Assembly (NCBI GenBank): GCA_043228905.1
Contig: JBHGNT010000009.1
Span: forward strand, 2,914,001-2,978,000
Source of the DNA: Azolla caroliniana
Lineage: Eukaryota; Plantae; Polypodiophyta
Direction: 5' to 3'
DNA length: 64,000 nucleotides
The number at the start of each line of letters is the position of its first letter. Positions within the stretch are counted from its first letter, which is position 1. Both the position numbers and the translations under genes were made by a program. A model generated the notes under the pieces. That model worked only from the letters and a program-made list of their open reading frames with translations. It was not told the DNA's origin and ran no database searches. Of the stretch, positions 1 through 16,184 are shown piece after piece.

Positions 1-2288
<2,288 letters not shown>

Positions 2289-2677
2289 GGTTTTCAGAAA
2301 GAAGTGGGAGAAATGGAGATTAATCTCACATCATTATCATCATCATCATCCTTTTGATCAATATCATCTTCTTCGTCTTCATCACCATCTGATGGTCAGA
2401 GAAGAAGAGACGAAAAGAGGATTAGGGTTAAAGTTAGGGGTTTGGGTTTAGCGTGAGGGGTTTATGATTAGAATTAAGGTTAGGTGAGGTTGGATTAGGT
2501 TTACAAATGGCTCTGATGAAGAACAGAGTGTGTGTGAGCTGGATTTAATGGAGAAAAGAGGAAGTGGGTTGTGCTTAATTTTCTTCCGTAATGAAAAAGA
2601 AGGGGTGTGGGTAGGATCTCAGAAGCTTTTTTTGTGGCGAAGAAGAGGATGATAATGGTGATGATGATGGCAACGAT

Positions 2678-2729
2678 GAAGAAGAAGAAGAAGAAGAAGA
2701 AGAAGAAGAAGAAGAAGAAGAAGAAGAAG
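2678..2729. repeat. (GAA)n microsatellite upstream of the MAPK start
   Basis: Pure GAA run seen directly. Confidence 0.95.
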
Positions 2730-3520
2730 CTGATTATGATGACGACGAATAAAATGGAGAAGAAGAAGTACAGTGAGGTTAGATAGGGTTAAATAGTGAC
2801 TCTGAAGAAGAACAGAGGAATGTAGAAAGAGTTGGGCTTAACTGCAATGGCTATTTCTTCATCTTCTCCTTCATCATCATCATCTTCTTCTTCTTCTTCT
2901 GCTGCTGCTGCTGTTACTGAGGGAGAAACAACAGATAAAAGTTAGGGTTTTGGGGAAGAGAAAAGGAGATGGAAGGTTTTCTCTGACTGTCAGTAGATAG
3001 ATACCTTTCTTTCTTCTTTTCCTTTATCTGTTTTATGTTCTCCACCATGGAAGGGCTCTCTCTCTCTTCTGTCTTCTCTCTCTTCACATACATAACATAC
3101 ATACATACTGTCATATGTACATACATTTGAGCAGCTATCTGCTTGGAATGGAATAAAAACTGTGAAGAATTTGACAAGTCATCCCAATCTTGTCTGTACA
3201 GCTTTAACATTGAGATTAAGGGAAGGAGCCATGACCATCACCATCATACCTAACACACACACCCCCCATCAATTCTGTAGCTCTGGCTCTCTGGCTCTAC
3301 CTCCTTATCCTCTTATTTGTGTGTTCTTCTTCCATATCCTGCCTTCCTTGGCACATGGCCTGCCTGCCTGCCTGCCCTTATCGATCATCGCCCACCCACC
3401 CCGTCCCATCCATGACCTTCGTCCGGTCACGTAACTCTCACTCACTCTGTGCCTTAACACACAATGCCACGATTCGCTATGCATCCGACCACTATCATCA
3501 GTTTGCACCAGCCCTAGCTT

Positions 3521-4098
3521 TAGCAATGGGCACAATTTCGGCTCGAACCGAACCGAACCGTTAAGCCATGGTTTAACGATTTATTGGTTCCAAAATTTTA
3601 TAATGGTTTGGTTTGGTTTGGATTTTCGATAAACGGTTCGGTTCAGTTCGGTTCTAAACTTGAGTTTATAGGTTTATAGGTTTATAGGTTTGGTTTAAAG
3701 GTTTATAGGTTTTTGGTTAACTTTTGTTTTACCTTAATAGTTTATTGATTGAATGGCTTAATTAATGGTTTTTTTATTGATTTAATAAAATTGACTTAAA
3801 TGTTTATTTAATTAAAGTTTCTTTTATTGATTTAATAAATTCAACTTAAATACTTATTTAATTTAATGTATTTTTGTTTATTTAGATGTTTAATTTCAAT
3901 TTAAGTGGTTAGGTTTAAATTTTTTATTAAATGGTTCGGTTTGGTTTCAACTTTTCCCTAAACGGTTTGGTTTCAACTATTTCTTAAATGGTTTGGTTTC
4001 AATACTGCGAGTTCATAAACGGTTTGGTTTGGTTTTTGTTTTTAAAAAACGGTTTGGTTTGGTTTATTTGCCTTGAAACCGAACCGCGCCCATTGCTA
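3521..4098. mobile_element. MITE / non-autonomous TIR element, AACCG/CGGTT-rich (hAT-like)
   Basis: 11-bp terminal inverted repeat TAGCAATGGGC ... GCCCATTGCTA, many subterminal AACCG/GGTTT motifs, AT-rich core, no ORF. No TSD found. Confidence 0.7.
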
Positions 4099-7000
4099 CC
4101 CCCACCTCCCACCACTCACGTGCCCGTGTATGTAACCTCCTCTTGTTCTCTTTTGTGCCTCGATTTTGCTATTGCCACAATTCGCCCCTTCTTCATTGCA
4201 CGAGCTACGCTTTTGTTGTCCGTCAATGCATGCCCGTTCTGTCTTTTCGCATGATTCTTCAAATCCAACGTCGTGCTTGACTTTTTGAGGCTTTCGTGTC
4301 GTGGCACCACCCCCTAACATGTATCCTCCCGTCAAGGCATGTTGTTGCCCAACGATTGGACATCTATCTTTGACAAGCATCGACCAACCACTCTTTATAA
4401 CTACCCCCTTTTGTCTCATGCAATCGATAAAATCCCTCGACAAGCTTACAGGGAGAATTTGGATGTAGAAGGACAAGTTCTAGATTAGTGTTAACAATCC
4501 TGCCATTTTTTTATTGTTAAGGAAATGTGTTGTCATGAGACGCATTAGAATAACCTTATTGACACAAATCCCTATGAGAATGGTGAGTAAGGGATCACTT
4601 TCTAGGAGGTTTGGGCTTACTCCATGATGTTGATAGGTGGAGTAATTGAAACAAATCTTCTTGACTATTGCTAACCAATGGCCAATTTTGGAGACATGTT
4701 TCTAAATCAAATGAGAGAATAGCCTTACATAAGTCACTCCCTCAAGGATCGATATCTTAAAAGTTAATATGACTAGAGGTCATCGCTCCTTTTGCCAAGA
4801 GTTTGAAAGTGGAATAAAGTTATTCTTGGCATGCAACTCAACATTGAGCAAACATATTGTTGCCACATAGATGTGTCATTGACAATTGGGCCCATTGTTG
4901 AGCCCATTCTGATTTGAGTTGGCATGGGGAGGTTTTCGTAATGGAAAGCAATCTCTCGGGTCGGTTCTCCTTAGAACTTGTCCTTGACATAAATGTCAAA
5001 CACTTTATTTCTAAACTAGTAGATGTTATGGGGGTTTCTATCATGGAAAGCAATCTTTGAGATTGATCCTTAGACTCTTGTCCTGAACGTGGATGCAAGC
5101 TACTTTATTAACGAACAAATATGCAAAGATATTTTTTTGAGGTAAGATATAAGGTAAATGTCATAATTTTCTAAAGAAAGATTAGTTTGCTTAGGTTCCA
5201 ATAGCTAACCAAACAATATTAATTGAATTAGATACCCCCTTTAGTGCTTCATGTTAGTGTATATTTAAGTGGCCAAGTTTCTTTATATGTCATGGACATG
5301 CCAACTAGTCAACTAGCTCAACCAATAACAAAACAATTGTTTTATAAGGTATCCTTATATATATATATATTACAGAGATGCTTTAGAGATGCTCTAACAA
5401 TTGAATGTTGCCAAACTTACAACTAACAAAAACATGGAGGCACCTGTATTCTTCTCGGCCATCCACTAAAACTATGTAGGTTTAACTTTTCGAAATTATA
5501 GACTTCTTCTCATTGTCTTTACGTTTTATAAATGATTAAAATAGTTTCCATCTGCGCACATATTCCTCTCATAGTCTCACCCTACATTCTCAATTGTAAT
5601 GTTCATTAGTCACTACTTAATTCCCCAAGTGTGAAAATGTTCTAGTTTTGGTCACCTATGTTGTATTTGGCCTCCAAAAACATGATAAAATCTCTCTCTC
5701 TCTCTCTCTCTCTCAAAATAAAAAATATAAAAATAAAACAATTGAGGCACTATCTCATATATTGGAATCAATCTCCATTAGACATTGACAATATATATGT
5801 CTATATCACTCACTCTCTCTACACTTGGAAGGTTTTTCTTTTAAAGGTACCCTAAACTCAGGGATGTCTAGACATAGCCAATTCCAGGTTTACCCTTGGA
5901 TCACACATTTTCCTAAGACAAATGGTTACCTGCACCACTCCAATTTGTGACCCTCGTTAAGAAGCCATACATTCATAGAAAACATTCTCATTGTTACTAA
6001 GCAATAATAATGACCAAAAGTGAGATCAATAATCTACAATAGAAGTAATGGCCAATGCACAAGAACAATGGTCGAATTCTTCACGAAATATGCACAAACT
6101 GTCCTCAAGTTTTTTGTCAGAAATTCCTTCATTGTGAAACTTTAGATCAATATTTGTTTTGAGTGGCATTTGGGTGGATATGTTGTACCTACAACACCCA
6201 AAATTCACCAAATTCAATAAAACATGTGATTATTATTGTCGACATGTTATCTAGTCATCCATGATTCTAGATAACGATAAATGAGAAAAGTTTCATGTAA
6301 AATTGGGTCTATTTTTAAGCACAAACATAAGCAAACAAAACATTGTGTATAACTACTCAACCACTTAGGAAAGAGGTTCATATATAATTTTATTGCCTAT
6401 CTATTATGCATTGATTTTATATGAATATTTTGACAAAGAAACAATGACATGTACAACTAAAATTACGATACAATAATGACTTTTTGTGGACAATCAACAT
6501 TAGCATACATAGAGAGAAACAATAAATCTATGCTTTGAAGTAGTTGTGGGGCTCAATATTCATCGATACACTTTGGCACAAACATAAGTTCTTGTTTAAT
6601 AATCTCATCAAAACATATAACAACATTGTGACCATATAGTGCACACAAGAATAATGCATGAGACATGAAGATTGTAGAAGTTATATATATATATATATAT
6701 ATATATAAAAGTTCCTTTGTCCACTTCTTAGGCCCTCGTCAGGAGTATTTGATTCTTTATATGGTTAGGGGATAGGGAGGTGTTGATCACTTAAATACTT
6801 TAATTGATTGTTTAAAAAATTGAAACTTAGTTTGCAAATGATCCAAAACTCAACATAAAACGTGAAATGGCACACAAACTTATACATATGTTGTTATATA
6901 TTATGGTGATGATCCCCAAGAGGGAAACATTTTTATAAGTTCATCAACCAAAAAGCCCAAAGGAACTACATTAGTCCAAGGCACCCTTCCAACAAATGGA

Positions 7001-8661
7001 AACTTGGTATAAGGGCACTGAAAAAATATATGAGCACTGAAAGTAAGATACTATGCTAGATGTATAAAATGTTGACAAACAAGGGAGGACTATCCACCCT
7101 ACCACCTATGCCAATGCTTTATTAGCCTATACTATGTATAATGTATATTCAATTTGGGCACTACCTTAGATTTCTCTACAAGACTAACACTCGAAAAGCT
7201 ATACATATATTTGGCTTCAACCTCCAAAAGACATCAATATCCTAGTTTCTCATTCTTTGTCACACTAGATATTATTCGGTCAAGCCTTGGTCAAACTCAT
7301 CACTCTAGCACTGACATTACACTTGTGATCTAGAATCTAATCAATTTCTACAAGGACGAACCATTTAACGATCACAAGTAGACATGTAAAGGCACATGTT
7401 GGTTGGAACTTCGGATTTGTCTTGATCACCATGTAACAATCACTTCTACATTCTTAGGGGCATTTGTGCATCTAACCTACTCATCTCATGTCCATGTACC
7501 TATAATGTTGTTGCTCAAACTCTAATAAAATATGTCAAGCTATATTATTTATTGTATGGAACTTCAATTGCAATGTGTCTCACTGCAACCATTTGTTTGA
7601 TTACCCTCATTTGTGAAATATGATAATTTCTTTGACAAAGTTGGGTTATACCTTGACACATTGAAATCATGAATGATTATAAATAAAATATCGTGAAAGA
7701 TTATTAATGCAACAACGTTCCTAGTTTCATCAACAAGAGTAATCAGGTGTAGAATATATGAAAGGAATTGAGCCAAGAAACTCATGAAAGTTAAGCTCTA
7801 AACATGCACTTGTATCCAAGTTTCAGGCATCTTGTCTTCATGTACTTTTGAACCCACCTCATGATCCCTTTCACATGCTTGTTTAAGTTGTTTGTTTTGT
7901 TCAATGTATCCAAGTAGCTACCCCTCCACGTTATGATGTCCTTGTTAGTGACATTGCACATTGCACAGTTCTACTTTACCACAATTCTATATAAAGCTTG
8001 TTCTCAAACAGAGCATCATTTCTTTTTATTAAAGTTGCCTTTCAACAAGTCGTAGTACTTTGTGTTGGGGACATTTTCATATTTGATTATTTATTGTAAG
8101 AGGTCTTTTTGTCTGTCAAATTTGTACCATAATTCTAGTGTATGAAAGCAAAAGGTTCAACCTTGTGATTATCTTAATTGCAAAGGCATGTGATGTGTAT
8201 ATATATTGTCGTATTAGATCACGATATAAGCTAATTAGAGGGCAAAAGGATATACATATCAACGTTATTTTGGAAAAACCCCAAGAACTTATTTCTTTGC
8301 CATAGTGCTCAATTTTGATTTGAGATTAATACATTGTTAGACATGCAATTAATCAACTATGTGAAAACGCTCTTTGGAGACGTTCCTTTAAGAAAATAGG
8401 GATAGCAACAATATCTCCCCTTCTTTTACCAAGGCCATACAATGATTATTTGTAGAAATACTAAGGAGTGTATATCGGTATGACCCAAATATATATGGGA
8501 TAATATTAATATTTTCTAAATGTCTACACGTTTATTATGGATAATTGTACAAAACATGGAATGGTGACCTACATTAACCATAGGGTCACGACTATCTCTA
8601 ATAAATGTTTTGTAAAAGTCAAAGAGAAAAACATTTGTGCATGTTATGTAAGCTCCAACTA

Positions 8662-8663
<2 letters not shown>

Positions 8664-8723
<60 letters not shown>
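8664..8723. repeat. (GA)n microsatellite, ~30 units
   Basis: Seen directly. Confidence 0.97.
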
Positions 8724-8726
<3 letters not shown>

Positions 8727-9059
8727 TTTACAAATTTGGGCATCGATAACAGGCAAAATTTTGTCACCTTTTAACTGGGTTTTTATTAATGACGATAAAG
8801 GCATGACCGCACCATCATATAAGGTCGTGTTTGACTACCTTAGGTATTGGGGGATGTGGTTTAATTGGACCATGAGAAATGGGTTCTTTTTTTATGGATT
8901 TCATTGGGTAACACAACAACTACGTAGGATGAAAGGGAAGTTGATGTGACATTTTTCGCAACTATGTTATTTGGGGACGTTGTCCTAAGAGGAGATAGAG
9001 GTATGTGAACTAGTTTTGCAACACTTGAGAGGGTTCCCCTTGCATTATCACTATTCATG

Positions 9060-11835
9060 ATGTAGTGAAGATAGCAAGGGTTGTATTATTATCTTGTGTG
9101 AATAACAAACAATGATTTACGAGAGAGATGTTGTAGACCCAGTCAAGGTTATTGAGTTATGTATTACTCATTTTAAGAATTTGATTGGGCCAGAGTTGAT
9201 TATTAATGAGGATGTCTTGGAAGCATGACAAGAGTTTTATAATGTAATTGGGAGTGCCGTGAATACAAATATTTGTCAAGAATTGGATGCTGATTTTGAA
9301 GAAGCTGAGGTGGAAAAGGTATTGTTACACCTTCCAAATGGTAAAAGCCTTGGTTAGGATGGTGTTACAAATGAAGTTTTTAAGAATTATGCTAACATGC
9401 TCAAGAGTCCATTCACACAAATGTTTCAACAATGTTGGGATTCTGGTTTCATGCCTGAGAGCTGGAAGGTGGGCTTAATCAAATTGATACCAAAGGTACC
9501 CCATCTCCGAAGTCATTTCATCAATGGAGGCCTATTTCATTGATGGGAGAGTTGTACAAAGTGTTTGCAAAGATATTATCCAACAGACTTAAGAAGTTCT
9601 TACCTCAACTTATTCATCCATCTCAATATGGTTTTATTACAAGTAGAAATATATTGCATAATGTTTTGAATGTTCAAATGGCAACCGATTATGCTCGACA
9701 TACACATCAAGAAATGGTTATGGTGCAATTAGATTTGGAAAAAGCATATGATCATGTTAATTGGTCTTTCCTCTCAGGTGTGATGTATAAGATGGGGTTT
9801 GGTCCTCGTATGTGTTGACTTATCTTTTTGCTAAGGCAAAATGCAACCTCCCGTGTGATGGTTAATGGCGGAGTCACTCCGAAAGTGTTTCTTACTAGAT
9901 CCGTGCGGCAAGGATGTCCACTAAGCCCATTGTTATTTGCTATTGTTACACATCCTTTGTTAGTAATGTTGTCAATCTTGCAGTTAGTGGTGATATTGTG
10001 GGTTTGCATCTTCCTTCTGGTGGACAATTGGTGGCACAAGCATTGGCAAATGATTCTTTTATGTTTTTACAAGCCTCAAAAGAAAATCTTAAAAGGAGTA
10101 AGCAAGTTTGGGATCAATTTGCTTTGGCTTCAGGGTTGTATATAAATTGGAGGAAGTCTCGCCTTATTTCTTGTACGGAGAGTGATTTGGACTGTTTGGG
10201 ATGGCGAGGGTCAGTGATTACACGAGGTTCCATTTATCGACATTTGGGTTATCCATTGGGCATTGATGTTACAAATGTTCAATTGATTGATTGGATTGGT
10301 AGTAAATTGAAGGACAAATTTATGTATTGGAAGTCTCAATTATGGCCCTTTCATGTACGACTCAAAGTGGTGCAATGTATCTTGGTACCCATGTTATTAT
10401 ATTTTTTGCCTTTACTTCCTTGGACTAAGAAGGCATTACAAAGCATGTTACAACCTATTCGGTTCATGTTGTGGCGGAAGGGAGAAATGATGGGAGTTAC
10501 ATGGATTTCAAGGGACCATTTGGCTATTCCTAAAAGGTTAGGTGGTGCAACAATATTGGATTTTGAAAGGCATTTGATGGCTCGTAGATTTACATTATTA
10601 CGAGATATATGTCAACAAGATCAACCATGGATATCTATGATGCAATATTTTATTGAGCATGAAGGATTGGTGCATGGGAAAACAAAGATTCAAGCATCAT
10701 GAAGTATTCCTCTAAAGATTCGACATTCTGTATGTGGACAACATTTGGTAAGATCGTGGCAAGATGCATTATCTCTTTTTGAATGGGGACCATCAAGTGA
10801 TCGAGAATATTGTAATTCATTACAAAACGAATTGTTTGTTTCTTCTCGAGTGTTGTTTTGGCATGGGAAAGAGAAGTTGAGATCTCAATTCAATCGTTTA
10901 TTTCGATTGGGGATTGTACATTTGGAAGATGTGGTTGATAATGAATCTCAAAGGTTGTTGGATTTTGAAGATGCCAAGAGATGGTTATGTATTCCCCCAA
11001 ATTATGGATTTATTTGGGAGAAATTACATGATATACCATTGTTGCAAGGATCTTTGCCATTGAAAACCAATTTTGCACCTTGGGTAGATTGGCGGTTACA
11101 AGATGGTACATGCTTGTTATAGGTCACTACAAATATATTGTATCATCATGCGATGGCATCATTATCTTGGCTATCTCCTAAAGCAACGAAGTTGTGGAAT
11201 GTATATAAGTCAGATGCAAGGTGGTGAAAAATATTACAATGTGGTTGGCATTCCCATCTACCATTTCATGCAAAGGTATTCATATGGAGAGTCATGATTG
11301 GTGGGCTCCCATTAGGTTCGGCCTTAGAGAGACGAGGACTAGGGCCTGGCACTTGTTTCTTTTGCACCGTTCCATTGGAGGATAGTACACATAGGTTCAT
11401 TAAATGTCCTATAGCGTGTACCATTTGGAAGTACTTATCGGACATTTGGCAAGTTTTAACCCGTTGTTGTTTATGACCTCAACAATGGGTTTTTTCTCAA
11501 TATGTTCAAAATGGATCAAATGATGAGATGGAGATATTGTTCCAATTTTTACGTTATTGGGGTCTACAACAAAATTGCAATATGCGTAATGCTTTCATGT
11601 TTGTTAATAGACATGGGGTGAAAGCCTATATAAAGAAGCTTAAAGGTATTCTCATGTGGAATTTTTGGATGTTAGAGCATGTGGGGATCATTTCCTCAAA
11701 TGCATATTCAGGTTTTTTAGTAGCATTACAGAACGTCCCTCTCCCTACATAGGCATATGGTAGGTAGAGGAGACTAAGAAGTGTTGTAACTAAGTGGATT
11801 TTACATACAATTAATATAATTGTGTGATTTTACCG
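9060..11835 (+). mobile_element. Decayed, 5'-truncated L1-type LINE (ORF2: RT + zf-RVT region)
   Basis: Frameshifted fragments GKSLG*DGVTNE, LIKLIPK, YKVFAKILSNRL, QLDLEKAYDHVNW, SVRQGCPLSPLLF, ALANDS (degenerate YADD position), YRHLGYPLG, PKRLGG, CFFC...ED..HRFIKC. The 3' end runs into (GA)n. The 5' limit is approximate. Confidence 0.9.
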
Positions 11836-11857
11836 AGAGGGAGAGAGAGAGAGAGAG

Positions 11858-13121
11858 GTTTCACATTTTAGTTTTAGTATTCAATAATATTTTTGAATTA
11901 TCTTTTTGCTTTGATCCCCATTTCCTCCCTTTGTGTGAGTTCCATAGTAAGGCTTTCTAAAGGCAAGGAGGGATGGGCCTGAACATGTCGGGAGTATATG
12001 TCAGAGAGCTCATGTGTGAAAGGTATTGTGGTGCGATGACTTGGTTGACTAGAGTTGGTGATGTTGGAGATATCCCATTTTAGGTCAAAGTATAAGAAAC
12101 TATGGTCTGCACCAATAGGACATGGGGCCACCCGGAAGGAGTTAATCATGTGGCCCCATGTACTTCGGGGCATCCTATTAGATAATCAACTGTGCTTTCT
12201 GCTCCTCCATGTGTGAAACACGTGAGCTCTTCCGAGCATGGCCACTTGGCTAACCCATTATATATGACCATCCGGTGCCGACTACCAAGGACATGGGGCC
12301 ACTTGGAAGGAGTTAATCATGTGGCCCCATGTACTTCAGGGCATCCTATTAGATAATCAACTGTGCTTTCCGCTCCTCCATGTGTGAAACATGTGAGCTC
12401 TTCCGAGCATGGCCACTTGGCTAAACCATTATATATGACCATCCGGTGCTGACTACCAAGTTCGAGCAGATGATGGCCAAAACTTGTGGCATCTGCACCT
12501 TGATCTTTTGATCTACGTGTGGTGCCTATGTCTAAAGGATCGACATTTGCCATTTCTAGGTTTTTATCCATAGGAAATATTGTGCATTGTCGGGATTGGG
12601 TTCTCGCATTGAAATCTCCTACAAGGAAGACTTGTCATTGGGAAGAATATCAAATTATGTCATCCGATAGAGGTTCGTATGGAGAAGGCCTATGTGGCGC
12701 TCCTTCATCAACTAATCTCGCCTCTCTAGCCATATTATAACTTTCGGGGGAAAGTAACAAATGGCCAAAAATATTGCCTGATCCTTGCTAGTGAAGACTT
12801 TCACCCACATAAAACGAGCTTCTGGGTTTGTCCTTAGTATTTCTATCCTATTATGTAACGCTCTCCAAAACAATATTTAGACACCTCCAGATCCTCTGGT
12901 AGTGTGTCGATGTGTGGTTTGTCTAAATACGGACTCCCAACAAAATCCTTCGACTCGTGGGAGTCCTCTATTTGGGCTTTGGTGTGTTTCTGCCAAGGAA
13001 AGTATATCTGATGCCTTTAATATCTCCTCTTGGCGGCCGGGGTGTGTCCAGAGTGTGTCGTTACAATTCCATAAGGTCATCCTAAGTGTATTTTTTGTCA
13101 CATGGACCGCCCACCATCAAT
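11858..13121 (-). mobile_element. Second LINE: APE endonuclease part of ORF2, decayed, no RT downstream
   Basis: Motifs TLWNC, ILSLAETH, RGSGGV, FLVGDFNART, GHHLLEL..MVIYNG..LTCF..STVDYLI, GADH. Confidence 0.85.
12117..12460. repeat. 171-bp tandem duplication inside the endonuclease region
   Basis: AGGACATGGGGCCAC... at 12117 and 12288; the copies differ by a few substitutions. Confidence 0.9.
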
Positions 13122-14018
13122 TAGTAGCGTTTTCGTGGTACTCTACGTGCACGTGTCGGATTGGGAGGACCACTAGGGTCACGGACCAGGAAGAGATGGA
13201 TACCGGGAGAGTGACTCTCCGGAATCGGTCGCGCCGACTGTGGCGCAAACCGGAGAAATTCCGGACGCGTATTGGAGGCTACCAAACAAAAGAGAGGGAG
13301 GGAGAGAGCACATGCGCAACACCAACTCAACACACGCTTCCTATGTACAGAAGCTAAAAAGAAAGAAACGCACCCGACACCAACAAAGACACAAATATGC
13401 ACAACTTCTTATGAATGTATATACAAGACCACGAATTACAACGCCGGTTTCGAGTCGGTCCAATACCAAACAGATACAACGGTCGTCTACAGGCAACCTC
13501 CAGTCGGGGAGCACTCGGGCTTGCCTACGCATGTGGAAGCCTTGCGTTGAAGACGAGCCTTCTTACCGGCGCACAACAATTGTTTGCCGCCAAGCCATCG
13601 GTCGGGAGCACTTAGGCTCGCCTACACGAGTGGGGTCTTCCACAGGACACAAAGCTACGAACAGAAACCCTCAGAGCATACGAGCTCTAAACTGGACTAA
13701 ACCCTAACCAAAAAGAGAGATAGGAATACAGAGAAATGAAAGGAATATAGTTTCCTAAGCTATGCTCGGCCACAACCGAGACGTCAGATCAAGCACAGAA
13801 AGCAGGGATGTGGTGAGATGTATCTACACACGAAACAATAAAGAAGAGAGTGCACTGGATGTTAACGTGGAAAACCCAAATCTGGGAAAAACCACGACAA
13901 CCCTCAGACTGCAAAATATCACTATATCAAGATTACAACAATGGGGCACAGAGGCAATGACCTCTTGCTCCCTCGCTTCGCCACCAGGCGGTTACAACAG
14001 AGACACAATCTCTGGATA

Positions 14019-14051
<33 letters not shown>

Positions 14052-14716
14052 TACGCACTGTACAGGAGTGACACCAATAACTTTATCATCATGCAATTAA
14101 GTTTGCCCTAAGTCATATTTATACTAATATGACTTTCGGGTTATTTACAAATATAGCCCCAGTGGGCTCTCTCTGGAACATATTTACATATATGTCCCTT
14201 CATCCGGTGAGAGGTTCTCACCAGGCCTGCAACATCCGGTTCTTACCGGGTCTTCCATTGTCGAGTACTCCACATCTGGTTCTCACCGGGTCTTCCGTTG
14301 CTGGGTACTCCACATCCAGTTTCGGCCTCGGTCGAGTTGCTCATCAACACTGTTCTTCTCACTTCCCATCCAGAGGAACCTGTTTCCTAACAAGAAACCC
14401 TAAACCTCCACTCCAAGAAGAACACCCTAAAAGAAAGAAGAAGAAGAAAGCTACCAAACCCTAAAGAAAGGTAAAGGGAGGAGACAACTACTATACCTTA
14501 GATCTAACGGTATACCCTCCTAGCTCAAAATGAGCAACCCCTTCACAAGAGACCCCTCCCTTGTTTTATAGTCCAAGGAGGGAAAGACGTTACAATGTGG
14601 GATAAATATCCCCTTTTTATTTTATATACATTTTAGAATGTACATGTGCACACGATGCACATTGCCGACTTTGCCCATTCCACTTGGTTTTCTCACCATA
14701 GCCGGAAATCCTTACA
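13122..14716. mobile_element. Probable solo LTR inserted at the ORF1/ORF2 junction of the second LINE
   Basis: LINE-like sequence stops at 14717 and resumes at 13121. Ends are TAGTAG...CTTACA (degenerate TG..CA); flanks TCAAT/ACAAT match 4/5. No coding signature inside. Confidence 0.55.
13737..14392. mobile_element. Solo LTR (Copia-like), nested in the previous insertion
   Basis: TGAAAGGAA...TTCCTAACA termini, perfect 5-bp TSD AGAAA (13732-13736, 14393-14397), internal AACGTGGAAAACCC...GGGAAAAACCACG motif of a kind common in plant Copia LTRs. Confidence 0.8.
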
Positions 14717-15073
14717 ACAATGGGATAATTTATTATCACTTGTCAGTCTCGATATAAGGCATAAAGACCTTCTTTATGAGCTTGCATGACTCGTGGCATA
14801 CAACTTTTGCGGTGCTCAATTTGCATCTTAGTGAGGTCTTCATCTAGATAGATAGGGTCCCCACCTAATCCTCGAAGAATTGGTCACTTATTAAAGAATG
14901 TGATTCTAGATTCCAAGTCTTTAAACTGAAGGACTAAGGCTCTCTTCCTAATTGTGTCACGTCTGGCCCTCCAAGCTTTGGTGATAGGTAGGGCCTCTGT
15001 ATACCCTAATATTTTGCCAAGTGTTTGTGCATCCTCGTTGGGAGATGCACCTTCCTCGAGCCTAGTGACACGT
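14717..15073 (-). mobile_element. Second LINE: ORF1 C-terminal part (decayed)
   Basis: RVTRLEEG...ALVLQFKDLESRITFFNK*PILRGLGGDPIYLDEDLTKMQIEHRK. Joins in frame to 29092-29255 across the gypsy TSD. Confidence 0.75.
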
Positions 15074-15738
15074 TGTCGCGTTGTTAAGCGCGTGCGTGGA
15101 GAACAAGGCGGGACCACTGGGGTCTTGGACCGAGGAATAGGTGGGGAAAAGAGAGAGAGGGAGAGAGAGACACGCTCACACACGGATAGACAAAGAAGTG
15201 CGCGGGAACGTAGCCCAATCAACACAAGAGACACAAGTTGGGCAGGAGATAGAGTATAAAAACGCGTATATAAATATATGTATGCAGATGACTCGAACGG
15301 TTTCAGCCGACCTGGGTGTCGACGCCTGATCACCCACGCACACAGGAGAGCAAGATGGAGATCCTGCCGGAAGCACACGGGCGTTCCACGGAGCAGAATC
15401 AGCCTCTCGAGAACCTGCGCAAAGAAAGCTTATGGAGAATGACAGAGGAGAAGAGCTCGGTCCCAGTCCGACAACACTTCGTCCCCTCTAGCGCGCTTTC
15501 CCCTCTCTCCCCCCGTCTCCCTCTCCTTTATAGCTCAAGGAGGGAGGCCGTTTCACCTGTTTACATCACATTAATTCTCTGTCCGAAACTCCTTGATTTC
15601 CCTTATAGAATATTGCTACCTAGGATCTAACCTTTGTGCCTACCTATCTACCATACGACAAGGGACGTGCCCATGTGTAAGGGCTGGTTCACACACATAA
15701 CACACGGTTTGCGCCTGGGGACGGTTTTCTTCACAACA
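15074..15738 (-). repeat. 3' LTR of element C (665 bp)
   Basis: Direct repeat of 28404-29091 with several substitutions and two short indels. Confidence 0.95.
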
Positions 15739-15814
15739 TCCGCCCCCACCTAACCGCGCATCCACCGGTATGCGCCAAAATTGGGTTCCTACGGGAGAAA
15801 ACCGATCCTTGCTT

Positions 15815-16184
15815 TTATTCCTCGTTTACCGGTTCATCGTCTGCCTCGAGCTGCTCGTCGTCGCTGTCCATGCCCCCTAGCTCCGCCTCCCCGTCGTGTC
15901 GTTTCTTAAACGCTTTGATCCTCTTCCCCGCTACTGGTATCGCCATTCTCATACCGTCGAGCTCCGCGAGATGGTACGTCCCATTGGCGTTGGCTCCTGT
16001 TACTACGAAAGGCCCGAACCACCTCCTCGCAAACTTCCGCGTGGCCCTGTGCTGATTGTCGGGACTACTGTCGTAGACTAGCACCCAGTCGCTTTCCTTG
16101 ATCTTCCTTGGCCGGAGCCGGTGTGTTCGGTCGAATCGGGCTTTGTTCCTTATCCTCGCTACTCGAAGTTTCTCCGCGGCCCGT
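15815..16184 (-). pseudogene. Integrase C-terminal remnant of element C
   Basis: KFARRWFGPFVV...YHLAELDG matches the end of pol in element D; cut off from the rest by the D insertion. Confidence 0.9.

Noticed and set aside
4200-8500. Possible decayed DNA transposon coding remnants
   Set aside because: Short ORFs only; no motif I can assign with confidence.
15739-15815. env-like or extra ORF after pol
   Set aside because: Pol ends only ~55-60 bp before the PPT in both elements, leaving no room.
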